Assembly: GCA_964016885.1 (NCBI GenBank)
Contig: OZ024740.1
Coordinates: 97,526,001-97,590,000, forward strand
Direction: 5' to 3'
From: Eledone cirrhosa
Taxonomy: Eukaryota
Length of the DNA stretch: 64,000 nucleotides
Numbering within the stretch: the first letter of the stretch is position 1; each line of letters starts with the position of its first letter. The notes under the pieces were generated by a model that searched no databases, was not told where the DNA came from, and saw only the letters and a list, made by a program, of their open reading frames with translations. The translations under genes and the position numbers were made by a program. Below, in pieces: positions 39,888 to 53,954 of the stretch.

Positions 39888-40415
39888 ATCGGTAGAGGGT
39901 CAGACACCATGCTTTCCAGCATAGTTACGTCCCTTTACAATCTAAGTTCAAATCCCGCCGTGGTTGACTTTGCCTTTCATCCTTACGGGGTCGATAAAAT
40001 AAAGTACCAGTAATGCACTGGGTAATTGCTGGCCTTGTGCCTAAAGTAGAAACAATTATTAATGCTGCGGTGAATTGGCAGTATCGGTAGAGGGTCGGAC
40101 ATGCTTTCCAGCATAGTTACGTCCCTTTACGATCTTAGTTCAAATCCCGCCGAGGTTAACTTTGCCTTTCATCGTTACGAGGTCGATAAAATGTACTGGG
40201 TAATTGCTGGCTTTGTGCCAAAAGTAGAAACAATTATTATTGCTGGGGTTGGACGCCATGCTTTGCAGCAAAGAGTTACGGCCTTTTATGGTCTGAGTTC
40301 AAATCCCGACAAGGTTAACTTTGCTTTTTATCCTTATGGGGTCGATAAAATAAAGTACCAGTAATACACTGGATAATTGCTGGCCTTGTGCCAAAAGTAG
40401 AAACAATTATTATTG
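39888..40415 (+). mobile_element. Three tandem tRNA-derived SINEs
   Basis: Same family and arrangement as 2156-2818. Confidence 0.8.
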
Positions 40416-41311
40416 CTGGGGTGTATGGGAAGAATTTTGGCGCATTGTGATGTATTTGCCTTAATCTGAATGTTAGTCTATGGAAAATGTTTTGCTATTG
40501 GTACATCTGTTCTAATATGTAAACCATTCTATGGAAAATGTTTTGGCATTTTGGTTGGCTACATTTTATAGTTATGTAGGGATGTCTGAGTACTTTTCTC
40601 TTAGTAGATGTTATATCCAGGTATCCTTCACTTAAGTGTTGTTCCTGATGTTGAGTATGTGTTAGGTACAACTAGGGTGGTGTGTACCTCCAAACTATTA
40701 TGTGTTATTGGCTTTGAAGCACCTGGAGTTTAGTGGAGTGTGTGTGTGTGTATAATAATAGCAAATGGTGTCACCTTATGGGGTTGTTTACAGGTTTGAA
40801 TTTGAAGAAGGATTAATATATCCTGTGTCTACAAAATGCAAAGAGATTGGACTTTCTGTTGAGTAATTGTTCATTAGTGAACAGTATGTTTATGGTCTAC
40901 ATAGAGCAGAGTTTGCATAGATGACGCCCTTAGTGTATGGTTTGACCTTGGCCAAATTACTCCGTTGCATATTGAAAGAAATATTCTTTCCCAAAGTAGC
41001 GCAATAGGCTTGCTGCATTTATCCTGACTGGATTTCTAAAACTGTGTTGATGTTGGTAGGGTATTTGAATACAGAGACTTTGATATCACATTGCACTTAT
41101 ATACACATTTGTTAATGGTATTTGATGTTGAGTGGGTATTCATTTTGGCTAGTGTAGTAAGTATTATCTATAGTTATCAAATATTATTATAGTGTCTACA
41201 GTGTGGTTTCTATATATGCATATATGATCTCTCGCCAATAAATACTTTTTTTTCCATTTCTTCTTCCCACGTTCATCTATTTTTCTATTTCATCTTTTAT
41301 TTCTAATTCTT

Positions 41312-41347
41312 TCTTCTGAAGCAGGACTAACGTCCGAAACGTTAGGA
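41312..41347 (+). ncRNA. Degenerate minimal hammerhead
   Basis: tctt-CTGAAGCA-ggac taac gtcc-GAAA-cg-TT-agga; one core deviation. Confidence 0.55.
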
Positions 41348-42194
41348 CATTCTTCCTACTATATCAATCATCAAACTAATAGATATAGTCATTGAACTGT
41401 ATTGTTTTTCTGTGTTCGTATCCGTTTACATTTTGCACAGACACACACACATACACATATATATATATAGCCAAAAAGAAAGAGAAAGCAAGAAAGACGG
41501 CGAAGCAGAAATATATTTATATACACACATATACACCCACATACATAGTCACACACACACTTACAGAAGACTTATTTATATACATAACACACACCAACGT
41601 ATTTAAACACAACTATATAAATTATATATGCATATATGGGACAGTGGTCTAGAATATACACTTGAAATCATTTTAATATAAACATGAAATTCTTTGTTAT
41701 TTTTCTGTACGTATTCACTTATTCTTAACATGTAGTGATAAAATCTGTTCAGCTTCTTTTTATATAACTCATTATTCTCTAGAATTGTTTTTGAATTTGA
41801 GTTCAATTTTTAGTAAGGTCTGGCACTATGCATTCTTAATCTAACAGCTAGTGTCGACAAATCATAGCAGATTCTTATGTATGTATATAAAAACTGAATG
41901 TACGAGTATATTTTTTGTGTATATATGTGTGCATATATACAAAATACACAGAATATATAAGAATATATTTCATGTATATACATGTCTGTATATAATTGAT
42001 ATATGGATAGGTACATATATGTTTTTTTTTATTTTTATATATAAGGGTGCATTTGTGTGTGTTTGATTTATCTGCTATGAGATAGCACTTTTTTTATTAT
42101 TATATATGCACATGTATATATATATATATATATATATATACAAACACATACACATAGATATAAGTACATACACACACACACATACATACATATA

Positions 42195-42289
<95 letters not shown>

Positions 42290-44776
42290 TTGTAAATCTC
42301 ACTTGGATAACAAGTTGGGAAAATGGAAATAAACAAGAAATAAACTCTATAATTTATACCTTCAAGCAATTGTTGACTTACATCTTCAAGAAAGATTTTT
42401 GAATTATTGATTCATGTTTATCATAAAACATGGATATCTTTCAAGAATATCTTTGGAATGCAACCAAAATTCTGAAATAATTGTAAACATTCATAGCAAT
42501 GGGCTCTTTAATGCTTAAAGTATTTTTATTGTCAAACTGAGAACGATTCAACATAAATATTTGCAACTATTTTCTTCTCTGTAAGAACGATACTTAGAAG
42601 AATAATTTTATATAATTTTCTTACTCCATCAAAGTAGATAATTGAAGTTCTTGGCAGAAATATTTCTTTAAATGTAAAATGATATAACACTACATTACAC
42701 TGGTTTTTATGCAGTTAAATAATATTGGCAAATTGCCTTTAAAGATACCTCACCTGGCATAGAGACACCATATCTGTGATGCAATTGCTTTATTAGGTCT
42801 ATTTAGCCAGTTCAATATTCTACTTTATTTCTACTGGAAGTATCCTTCTTACCTTTCTTCAATATCAAGTCAGACTATTTATTGTATCTATAGACAATTA
42901 GTTTGTCTCTGAAATGGTGCCTTTACAATATTTCTTAATATATTTGACACAGAATTTGATTAAAAGTTACCTAACTGAAGGAATTTAATTTTATTAATCT
43001 GATGAAGGCAGGTAGCCGAGTGGTTAGAATGTTGACTTTATGATCAAAATGTTGTGTTTTGACTTTACAGATTAGGTAACATATTGTATTCTTCTGCAAT
43101 AAACTTCACTTCACATTGCACATGGTCACTCATCTGAAAATGAGCTGGGTGTTAGCTCCCTGTTGAATAGACATCCTATCCAAAGCGCTGTTTCGTACTC
43201 TTAGTCAACTAAAGCCAATGAAAATAAGATAAAGTCCATGCTTTATTTTATCTTTGTAAGTATAGAAAGACTGGCTTTAAAATAATAATTTTAACAACAT
43301 ATATTTTAACTATATGCATAAGTATGGCTCTGTTTCATTGCCACATGGTCCTCGTTTAGATATAATTGGGTAACACAGCTGACAAGTGTTTTCTATCATA
43401 GACTTGTGATAACAAATACGTTGTCGGTCAAATATAATAGGTAGAAATTGTGTAGAAGCCCATCATATATAAATATAGGCATGTTTGTGTATTTTGCTGA
43501 TGGATATTGACGAGAAATGTACCACGATGAAAATGGATTTAGGTGACCTACACTTGCAAACAGACACAAACACACTCTCAATCCTCTCCTTAATCCAGCA
43601 GAACGTCCAGGATGCGACAGATGGAAGGAGACAGTAGTATGTCTATACTGGACTGGTATATTTGCTATTGACCCTGATACAATGAAAGGCAAACTAGACA
43701 ATGGCCGTATTTGAACACAGAATGTAGAGAGCCCAAACAAATATCCAATACTCTAACAACTCTGTCAAACTGAATATCTTGTGAATTAAAACAAAAATAC
43801 ATTTTGGTATTTATACCACTCAAGCTGCACAGAGACTTCATTTTTCATTCTCACCAGTCAGAAAGAAATGAAGTGAACCAGTGATTGGCTTGTTAAAAAC
43901 CGATAACCAGCGAAGCAATTGCTTCCAAAATTGCATGACATAAATAAATATAAAATTATCCACAACTTTGCCTTCATTTGTATTATTTATATTCCAAATT
44001 TTGGGGAAAAAAGTCAGTTTCCTGAAATTAGTTTCTGTTTATGTGTCTTAATGTTATAGATTGATTTTTCTCACTATGCAATAAACTACGAAACAAGGAA
44101 ATAGAGAAAGTCATTAACATTATGCTCAATTATACTGTCAAACTCGACTGGCTATTTATTAAGACGTTTCATAACTCAATTCAATTTAATTCTTTCCAAT
44201 CATGGATATCAAACAAACATCACCTGTTTGAAATTACTGAAATGAAAACTCATTAGTAACATCTAGTTAAAAGTCAATAAGAATTCTATAAGTAAATCTT
44301 ACTACACACGCACACACACATGCACACATATATATGTACATATGCTACAACACAGACTTCGACACTTTTAAATCTATATATATGTATATTATGTTTTCTT
44401 TTATATTTTCTTTAAACACCCTCTACCTTTTTTTAATAATATATATTCAGACATTTTTAACATCATTGGAAAAACTAGCATTACAAGGAGATATTATCGA
44501 TACTATTAACCAATCAGAATAGACACTGGAATAATATTAGAGTGAAGCTTGTTTGTCGCACAAATAAACAGGATAAGCCAGATGTATGTTGTGTAACTCT
44601 CAAACATCCTTGATTTAGTAGACTTGGTAACAAGGGTTCTAGTGGTGATAATCTCAACATTCTCTTGCACAAGGTTTATCATAGACAATATTTTTCAATG
44701 GGTCACTGCTATTTTAAGATGATAAGGTATGATTTATTTGGCTGCTATTCCTAGTCAGTTAATCTATTATGTAGAT

Positions 44777-45600
44777 TAGTGGTTCCCAAACTTTTTTGCA
44801 TCATTAACCACTTTCACATGGAAATATTTTCCACTGCCCACCTGTATAATAATTATTTAAAAGTATACCAAAAATATTTGGTAAAGGTTTGTTACTGGTT
44901 TTTGAACTGACTTTCTATGATGTAGTTAAAAATACCATGGAGGTAATGTGGCTGCTGCTGCTAATACCGAATTAAATTTAATTATAAAAGATACAATTTA
45001 GTTTCATAGTTAGGGGTAGCGAATATGTCACTAAGGGGAACATATCACATTTTGAAGCAAGCAGAGAAGTGGATAGTGGAGTGCATTGAACAAATATATT
45101 CTTGTATCAAAGAGTTCGATAAAATGGACAACAAAGTTGCCTTTTGACAACCATTGTACTTCAGTATGGTACAAAAGTCCCACACAGTCATTATCATTAT
45201 CAAGGCACAGTTGACGGAAAATTCATAACGCTAGAGATTATGGATGAGTTGATGTTTGACATTGGTAGCCATTTCATCTATACGTCAAGAAGTTGTTTTA
45301 TTACTAAGCGGAATTGTCTTCATAATTTTGTCAGGCTTTTTATGCATTAAAGTTGAGAGAACTTCTTCAATAACAGGTCAAACTAATGTTTTTCCTATAG
45401 TGCTGTATTTACTGGCTTTTATGGCCAGTAATGTTATGTTGTACGATGTAATCATCCTGTTACATTGGTGGATAGTTGCTTTTTGAAGAGATCAACATTT
45501 TCTACTTTTCAAATGAGGTCTTTAGCTGTAAGATATATGACAAAGTTTTTCCTTCTACTTACAATATAAATGATACTTGAAGCTTGACTATGTCATGGCT
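44777..45600 (-). mobile_element. hAT (Buster/Charlie-type) DNA transposon relic
   Basis: Terminus tagtggttcccaaacttttt at 44777. Minus strand 45240-45450 gives SYNITLLAIKASKYSTIGKTLV*PVIEEVL..IPLSNKTTS*RIDEMATNVKHQL. Confidence 0.75.
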
Positions 45601-48600
45601 TTGTTGCTTAATGTTTTGTTGCAAATAATGCACATAGGTAATTGACTGCTGCGAGGAGAAGCAATAAACCCATAAGATAAATAATCACTGCTGTATTGGG
45701 AACAAATTTTATTAAATGGAGACATTGGGTTTTACAAATTGTATAATTCACAGAAAAACTAGTAGGAACAACATTTTCATTAGCCAAATAATATTGTTAT
45801 TTGAAGTCTGATTTCAATGATCCACAAATAGGAGACCAGAGGTGCATTGCACTCGCTTGCTTATCAATAAAATCCATCAACTTCAAGTGGCTACATAGCA
45901 TATGATAATTTATTTGCAAAATAACAACAAACTGTGATTTGTTGAACTGTCAAACATTAACAAATATGAGAAAGAGCTATCTACTCCTGAAGTGACTCAC
46001 TTTACCAGAAATCTGTTTTTCTGTGACAAGTTCAGTTACAAGCTCACACGCAATGCTCTACAGCTATTTGTTTATATGAGCATGCACATTGAGCTGTGAA
46101 AAGACCCAATTTGGGATTGTCATATTTTGTCTGGCATTGCCATCCATGCCCCTTTGTCTACAGTATCCCATCAGCGTTCTTAAATATCATCATCTGTCTA
46201 AATTATATGTGTGATCGCTTGGTGCTGGTGGTGTTGTCGAATTTATCATGAGTTCACTTCTCAATTTTACCAGCAAACTTTTTTGTGATCTCTCCTCCTT
46301 TTCTAATTTATATGCCCCCATAACAAAAGCAACAACAAAAAAATACAAACGATCTATATTTTGCCTGAAGAGGTATTTAAATGTTAATGAGCCTTCTGAA
46401 AACTAGAAAATGCCAAAATGTTCCTTGTTTGCAGGGATGTTTATACCTTATCTACAACAAATGGGGCACAGTTATTCACATTAAAGCGTCCTGTTTTTTT
46501 TTTATATACAATGTAGAGCATTGGCTACGATCTTGTAAAAGATGAACTGTTGGTGGCATTCCACTATTGCAGACTTGTTATTGGTCAGGAGAAAAATGGA
46601 CTTTTGTTGTGGTGGGTAACAAAACCTGAACTTCTTTGCATATATTTGAATATTTGTTTTGAATAGCATATATTGAAATACTTTAATACTCAAAATCCCA
46701 TATCACTTGTCAAAATTTCCAATTGTCCACTATTTTCTGTTCAGTTGCTCATCGCCCAGCCAACATTTGAAATCACCCACCAGTAAGCAATATTGATTAG
46801 GTTGGGAGATGCAGAGGTAGATGGTCATTTGATAGCTTGTGACTTTCTTAAATAAGGACTACCTCACTGACTTTCCAGCCTATAGCGCACAGTTATGTTG
46901 TCTCCTTCCTCTTCCCTTCTATAGTTACTTTGATGGTTAGTGGTTCTTGGAGCTTACTAGAGTTCATGCCATATCCATTCAGGTATTCTTAACTCACCTG
47001 TCTCTCAGCCTCTGATCATCCATATGTTATGATCTGTTATGCCTTATAACAACCATTATGACCTGTCCCTCCATCCAGGAACATTAGCCATCTGGTAATC
47101 TCTCCCTACTTATGTCTTTGCCAAAGGGATGGAGCTGTAAAAGTTTAAACAGAGCATAATCAAATATATAAATAACTCTGAAAGGGCCTCTGAAGGCCAT
47201 GAGCACATCCCTCATCCTCCAGACATAGCAAGTATATATAAAAACTTAAATAACTTTAATTGTAGGGCTGGAACCTGTTCAGTTATATCTTAGAAGTATT
47301 GATAACGGTAACAATGAAGACATTAAAATGTTCTATAATACCATGGAATGGAATGCATTGATTTTGAAGATGAGTATTGCACCTTTTTATTCAACATGTC
47401 AACCTGATTGTGAAATTATTATGCAAGGAGCTGAGCACAGGTACATGTACCCTTAATATAATCACCAGGAAGATTCAGCATGATACAGTGTGTAACAAGG
47501 TTAACCCATTGAATTATAGATACAGTCTCTCCAATGGGTTTCCAATCAGTTTCTGTCTACCATATTTTCCTCATAAAGCTTGTGCTGACTTGAGGTTACA
47601 GGGTAAAAATCATATGTTGTAGGCAAATCCTAATCTTCTGACTCTGTGCAAATATTGGATCTAATTATAACATACACAAGAAAGGCCTGCTAATCAGATC
47701 TGGGAAGACCTAAAGAGATGATTATTGATTATAATCCTTATTACTTTCAATCCTAAATGGTTGTTTTCATAGCACAAATGGATGATGGTGGAGCATGGAG
47801 TCTGGGCACTTTGTAAAGCAGACTCTACTTGCTTGGGTACCTGGGATTCTGTAGCTTCACTCGCTGTTGCACTATATTTCCTCAAAAGATACATATGTTG
47901 AAATCAAAGATGGCTGGATCTGATCACCATAATTAATCTTCATCTAAAACATCTCACACAGAGATTTTCCATTAGCTAATTACTATACCACACTCAGATT
48001 GGTATGGAAATTCTTCTTTTCTTGTCATCGTACAAGTCATCTTCAGGCAAGCTGGGAAACAGATGACCATATAATTCACATGCAGAAAGTTAACCTTTCA
48101 TCTGTAGGTTCTATGTGGTATGACTCGCATCCATTGTTTTATTGTTAATATTTCACTTTTTGGCAGTTGTTTCAATTCATTGTAAATATACAGATGGCTC
48201 TGATTGATTATAAAGTGTCTTCTTTTGTGAGAATTGCATGAACAGTGAATGAAGTAGTATTTCTTTCTCTAAGAATAATACTTACATGTAGAAACTCTAT
48301 TTCAGGTTAGTTTACACTGGTTTCATTTAGATAATCATCCTTACCATATTTTTAATATGAAGCAATCTGACCATGCCAGAAGTCAGAATCATCATCATAA
48401 TATATCTGATTTCCATACTCTGATAGGTTGGAGGTTTGTCACCATCTGAGTCAATTCTTATTCAGAGTTACTGTCCTTTTATATGCATCAGAAGACATCT
48501 TCCTTGTACACTCCTAATACCAAACACTTTAAAGATAGTACTGGGTGTGTCTTATCTTGCCAACAGCACTAAAGAGGTTGTCATGTTTTTGACACGAATA

Positions 48601-49030
48601 AAGTGTCAAGAGGACTACATTGCATTTGCTCTTTCACCAACGAATTTATGAAGTGTATAGGTGCATTTTATTGTGACACCAGGACTAATGAAGTTACCAT
48701 GTGTCTTGAAAGAATAAAAAGTTTTCACTACTCAATGTAGTCCCAATTTATTCAAGGCAACTTGAAGAGATTGAAACAAAGGAAGTGATGACAGATGAAG
48801 TAAGGTGAGTGAGCGAATGAATAGAGAGTATGATGAGCAAAACAGAGTTGTGGCAGTATGAAAATAGTAGAAAAGAGGAATTGAAGCATTCTTGAGTATA
48901 ATTAAATCTAGAGAAAATAGTGAATATAAATGACAGTTTTTTTGTTTTTATTTTTTCATTCTCCATCTCAATTTTTTTTAAATATAATCAGCAGCTTCCT
49001 ATAATGTACTGTTACAACACTCACAACAAC

Positions 49031-49073
<43 letters not shown>

Positions 49074-49712
49074 TTAATAATGATAATAAAGAGAAAAATC
49101 ACCCACATTTCCACACAGACAAAATTACAAAATAAACAAAAAAATATATATTTGCTTGCTAGAATTAGATGATAAATTATTTTCTAAAATATATATTTTT
49201 TTCCTATTTAACTCTTTTTCAGTAAAAATCAAACTGTTTGTGTAATGACTCATACATTATTAGTTTAAACATAGCTATTGTTATCATATTGACAGCCAGG
49301 GCTAGGCTAGTTGTTATTCTGCATGCTTCAGTAAACTGAACTGATAAAGCTATCCTTTATACCTCCTTTCAATCAAGCATGCATATAAATGGACAAAAAA
49401 TATCCAAATCTATTCTATCCGCCTATACTAGAATTACCAAAAATAAATTCTCACTATTATACATATGTATATATGTGTGTATGTGTGTGTGCGTGTACGT
49501 TTGTCTGTGTGTGTTTTTTTTTATGTATATATATAGATAGATACAATTTGACTTTCGTTGCTGCAGTGCAATTACAACTTCAATGTAATACATTAAATTT
49601 TACCTATATCTCTTTCTATGTATGCATAATTTATATCAAGTATTGTGAGATATGTAATAAAGAAAGTATTGGAGAAGCTGTTAGAATGCGATTATGAAAT
49701 ATAATAATAGAA

Positions 49713-50050
49713 CATGACAAAATGTGCTCAGTCCACTCTGTAAAGTGCTTGTGTTGGTGTCATGACAAAAGGTGCCCAGTCCACACTATAAAGTGTTCAT
49801 GCTGGTATCATGACAAAAAGTACCCAGTTCACAGTGTAAAGTGGTCATGTAGGTGTCATGATAAAAAATACCCAGTTCACACTTTAAATGTGGTTGACTT
49901 TAGGAAGGGCATCCAGCCATAGAAACAAAGCCAGGAATGATTCTGTATGAGCAAAACACTATTATCTGATCTGACTTGTCTCACAGTAGGACAACTCATC
50001 TGAACCGTGCTAGCCTAGAAAATGGATGTTAAACAGTGATGATGTTGATG
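49713..50050 (+). repeat. Four 48-bp tandem units leading into an RTE-type/SINE 3' end
   Basis: catga(c/t)aaaa starts at 49713, 49761, 49809 and 49857, followed by aggaagggcatccagcc. Confidence 0.8.
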
Positions 50051-50267
50051 AACTAGTGCAAAATAAAATCAGAATGACAAAAGAAAACAATATTTTTACT
50101 CATTGTCTTGTTATTATTATATATAGGTTAAAAATATTGTTGTTTCATATTTCTTATTTTACCCTACCCTAATATCTATCTTTATATTACCTATTCACAT
50201 TCTATCAACTTTTCCAAATCTTTCTTTATTACATACACACACGTATATATGTGTGTGTGTGTGTATA

Positions 50268-50366
50268 CAGGGTGTCCCCAAAAATGGTATACACACGTTG
50301 ATTACCTGTATGGGCAATATTTATTATAATGCTGTTGAAGTGTTTATATATTTTTGAGGCACCCTG
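50268..50366. mobile_element. Tc1/mariner-type MITE (99 bp)
   Basis: TA|cagggtgtccccaaaaat ... atttttgaggcaccctg|TA; imperfect TIRs with a TA duplication. Confidence 0.75.
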
Positions 50367-50459
50367 TATGTATGTATATATGTATGTATGTATATATATA
50401 TATATATATATATTTGTATATATATATATATGTATATGTATGGGTGTGTGTGGGTGGAT

Positions 50460-51240
50460 CATCATCATCATCATCATCAACGTTTAACGTCCGTGTTCCA
50501 CGCTTGCATGGGTTTGGACGGGGGTAGTCCCACTTGAGGCAAGAGTGATTGTCTTGCTCGCATAGGACTGTCTGGCAGGTTTTCTACAGTTGGATGCCCT
50601 TCCTAACACCAACCACATTTACAGTGTGGGTCTGGGAGGTTTTTACCGTGTTGCCTACACGGCCACATTACAGCGTGGACTGTGTGTTTTTTTGTCGTGA
50701 CACCTACACGATCTCATTTGTTTCGGCCTCGATGGCGCGGCACCAACATAACTTTACATAGAACGGGGTGGTGTGGATCGGGTGGGGGTGGGGGTGGTGG
50801 GACGGGGTGTATTTTGTTAGAGATGCCTACTGGCTGGAGTAGGTTTTACTATATATTTAGGTAAGGCGGGTCTTCTCTGTTACTGAGTACCGCCAAAGGT
50901 CTCGGTCCAGTGACATTGTCTTGGAGAGGTGTAAGTGTGTGATATCGGAGTTTATCAGCTCGTCCCAGGTTTTTCTAGGTCTGCCTATTCCGTGACTACC
51001 GTCTATCTTTATTGCCCTGCACTTTGTTATACAGCTATCGACTTTCATGCGCATCACGTGTCCATACCAACGTAGCCTTCTCTCGAGTAAACAACATCTG
51101 ATCCCTCTTATCTCTAATTTATTCCTTAGTTCGTTTATGCTTTGCCGTTCACGTATATTACTGTTACACATCCAGCGGAGCATGCAAGCTTCGTTCCTCT
51201 CTAGTCTGCGTATATCCTCTGCACACAATGCCCAGGTCTC
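50460..51240 (-). mobile_element. RTE LINE 3' fragment
   Basis: MLRWMC..RRLRWYGHVMR..GRPRKTW..DRDLWR; (ATG)n tail. Confidence 0.85.
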
Positions 51241-53954
51241 AGTGTATAGAAATAGAAAAATAAATTAATGGAATGTAAAGCTTATATGATTACAAGAGTG
51301 TTTGTTAATAACTACAATCTCCAGACTAAACAGCACTTTATCACAATGAAGCCAATGGTTTATTTAATTCTAATACAAAATAACGTTAGTAAAGCAGAAT
51401 AGCACATTTATCTAACACTTGTTCTTATTGTTGTAGTTATTGTAGAAAGACATTGGTTATATTTGATTGGACAGACTTGTGATCAAATAGATTCCAGACC
51501 ATCCTATATAGATAAGGTCTATCTTGATGGTTTGTGTCATTAAAATCATACACTGAACATTTAGTTTTTGGCTAAATTTTTATACTGTGGTTGCATAATG
51601 ACTGAATGGTTAAGAAGTTTGCTTTGTAATTAGATGTAATTAAATACAACTTGGGCAAGTGTCATTTACCATTTCTTCAGTTTCACCCAGGCCCCGTGAG
51701 TAAAATTGAGCAGATGGGAACTTTTTGTAAGCATGTCAGATGGACTATATCAATACTTCAAAGGGCCACTTGTCATAAACTGTGTCATGCTACATCTCAT
51801 GAGAATTACATGAAAGGTACATATGTCTGTTGAATGCTCAGCCATTTTTTCATTAACTTCACAGGCAAGCTGTCATATTGATCAAACGAGTGGAATACTC
51901 ATCAACAAATCAACTGAATTTCCACTACATTCCTTCCCATGCTGTATAACGAAGAAATGTCTGAGGAGGGAGAGAAAGGGGGAGGTGGTAGGCTGGGAGA
52001 TAGATAGATAGACAAAAAGATAGATAGATAAAGAGAAAGAGAGAAATAGTTTTGCAGTAAGAAAAAAACATGTATTCAGACTCACAAAATGTCTTGCATA
52101 TGTTATCTCAGACAAATCCTCCCATTAGTCAATTCAGATAGAAAGTTCTGTAGAGTACAGGGGCCTACACAAGTGACAACCTAAATGCTCCCTTGATATT
52201 TTGATGTGCTTATGTATGTATCTACAAACCATGACTAAATTCATGTGTAAGATCCATTACAGATCCAAGATTCCCACAAGAGCATGTCCACTAAATATGT
52301 TGTCACCCACCCCTTCTTCCGAATCACACCACTTCTACATTTGTCCTCAACAAACTACTACACACCTTATCTCATATTACAATATTCAATGTCTTCGTTT
52401 TTTTTTTAAATATAGTAAGATATGATTTTCAGGGTGATTTGGTTGCTATTTCTAGTAAGTCAAATAACCACATAGCAGTTTTTTTTATAGGCTTATATAT
52501 TTGCCAGTCGGTTGTCTATGTATCTGCTTGAGTTAAGGAATAGCAGTTTGTTAAGCAGTTCAATAAAAATGATTATATACCAGTTATTGTGTAGGTCTGT
52601 AATAACAGTAAGAGACTAATTAAATGACTTCACATACAGAAGTATATTACCAAAATGTGATACCTAGCACTTAAGCAAAAGCATGTAGTTTTTAAAATCA
52701 AAACCATATAATTGAAGTAGGAGACATATAGAATGTATCTAACATTACAATATGGAAAGCAGGCATAAAATGTCTCATTTTAAAATCAGATTTGTCATTT
52801 ACATTCATTTATATAACAGGCACGCATAGCATGGTTAGCATTCATGCAGAAAATGCTATTGTTTTCTACTTTCACATTTATGATTATATATATATATGTA
52901 TTATTTAGAACGAGTCTGGGCCTGACATCTTGCTGTTTTGATACCTAATTCCAGACTCAGTCACGCACTAATATTTTCAAAATCTACTATTCCAAGTATT
53001 GGGTACCTAGCTGAATAGTGGGCTTACTAATTTAAAACTGGTTAAATCCTGATACACACACACACATACACACGCGCACACACACACACACGCACACGCA
53101 CACGTACACATATACATATATAGGCAACACCTTCCTCAACCTTCTATCCTCTCTAATTCACCTCCCTTAGTCGTAACCATACTTCATCTACTACAATTTT
53201 CTCCAAGCTCCTCCATCCTTCCTAATCCCAAGACAAAGGTGCCCAGTCCACACTATAAAGTGATCATGTAGGTGTCAAACAAAAAGCACCCAGCACACAC
53301 TGTAACTGTTTTTGACATTAGGAAGGGCATCCAGCCATAGAAAACGAGCCAGAAACTTTCCTATATGAGCGAGACATGGTCACCCAACGCAACTTTCCTC
53401 TAAATGGGACAAACCCGCCTAACCCATGATAGCGTGGATGATAGATCTTAATCAATGATGATGATGATTACAGAGGCACTCTCATTGTCTTGTGAAGCAT
53501 GAGGATGATGGATTTTTCCATTACTTTTGTTAATGAGCATTCAGTTGTTTTATCAACTCAGTATGTAGTTTGCCAATTAATGTTTAAGTGGTTGCGTTTT
53601 ACCAAATGTGAACCCTAAACATGATTCCAAAATTGAATGAGCATGACAAATGTAACAAGGATTGAGTTGTTCTGCGGCTATGATAGAGCCCCTAGCTTGC
53701 GCAATATGTAATACAGTGGGATCAAATCTTGGACCTCATGATTACAGAATGAAAATCCTTAACCACTCAGGCATACGTCAGTTTAGAATATACCATACTT
53801 TAGGATAACATATAATAAAATATTTGTTCACAGTTTGCCCTAAAAATACGTTACAAACGAATGTGTAGTATTTGTGATACAATAATACAAAATATTATCA
53901 CAGCTGAGGCATGAGATGTATCTTCTTTCAGCAATATAGATTTGAGTGAAAATG

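Larger units (their letters stand above)
39500..41400 (-). mobile_element. Decayed Penelope-like element interrupted by SINEs, with an inverted hammerhead-bearing end
   Basis: Minus strand near 41060-41092 gives CDIKSLYSN (frameshifted RT motif A). Plus-strand HHR-like motif at 41312-41347. Confidence 0.5.

Noticed and set aside
42995-43030. CTGATGA-aggcaggtagcc-GAGT
   Set aside because: No GAAA or stem III; the sequence is the A-box head of a SINE.
46358-46411. CTGAAGA...GAAAacTAgaaaat
   Set aside because: Stems need several bulges and there is no second copy; cannot be supported.
49713-49895. Regularly spaced repeats resembling a CRISPR array
   Set aside because: Whole units are homologous with no unique spacers; eukaryotic context and no cas genes.
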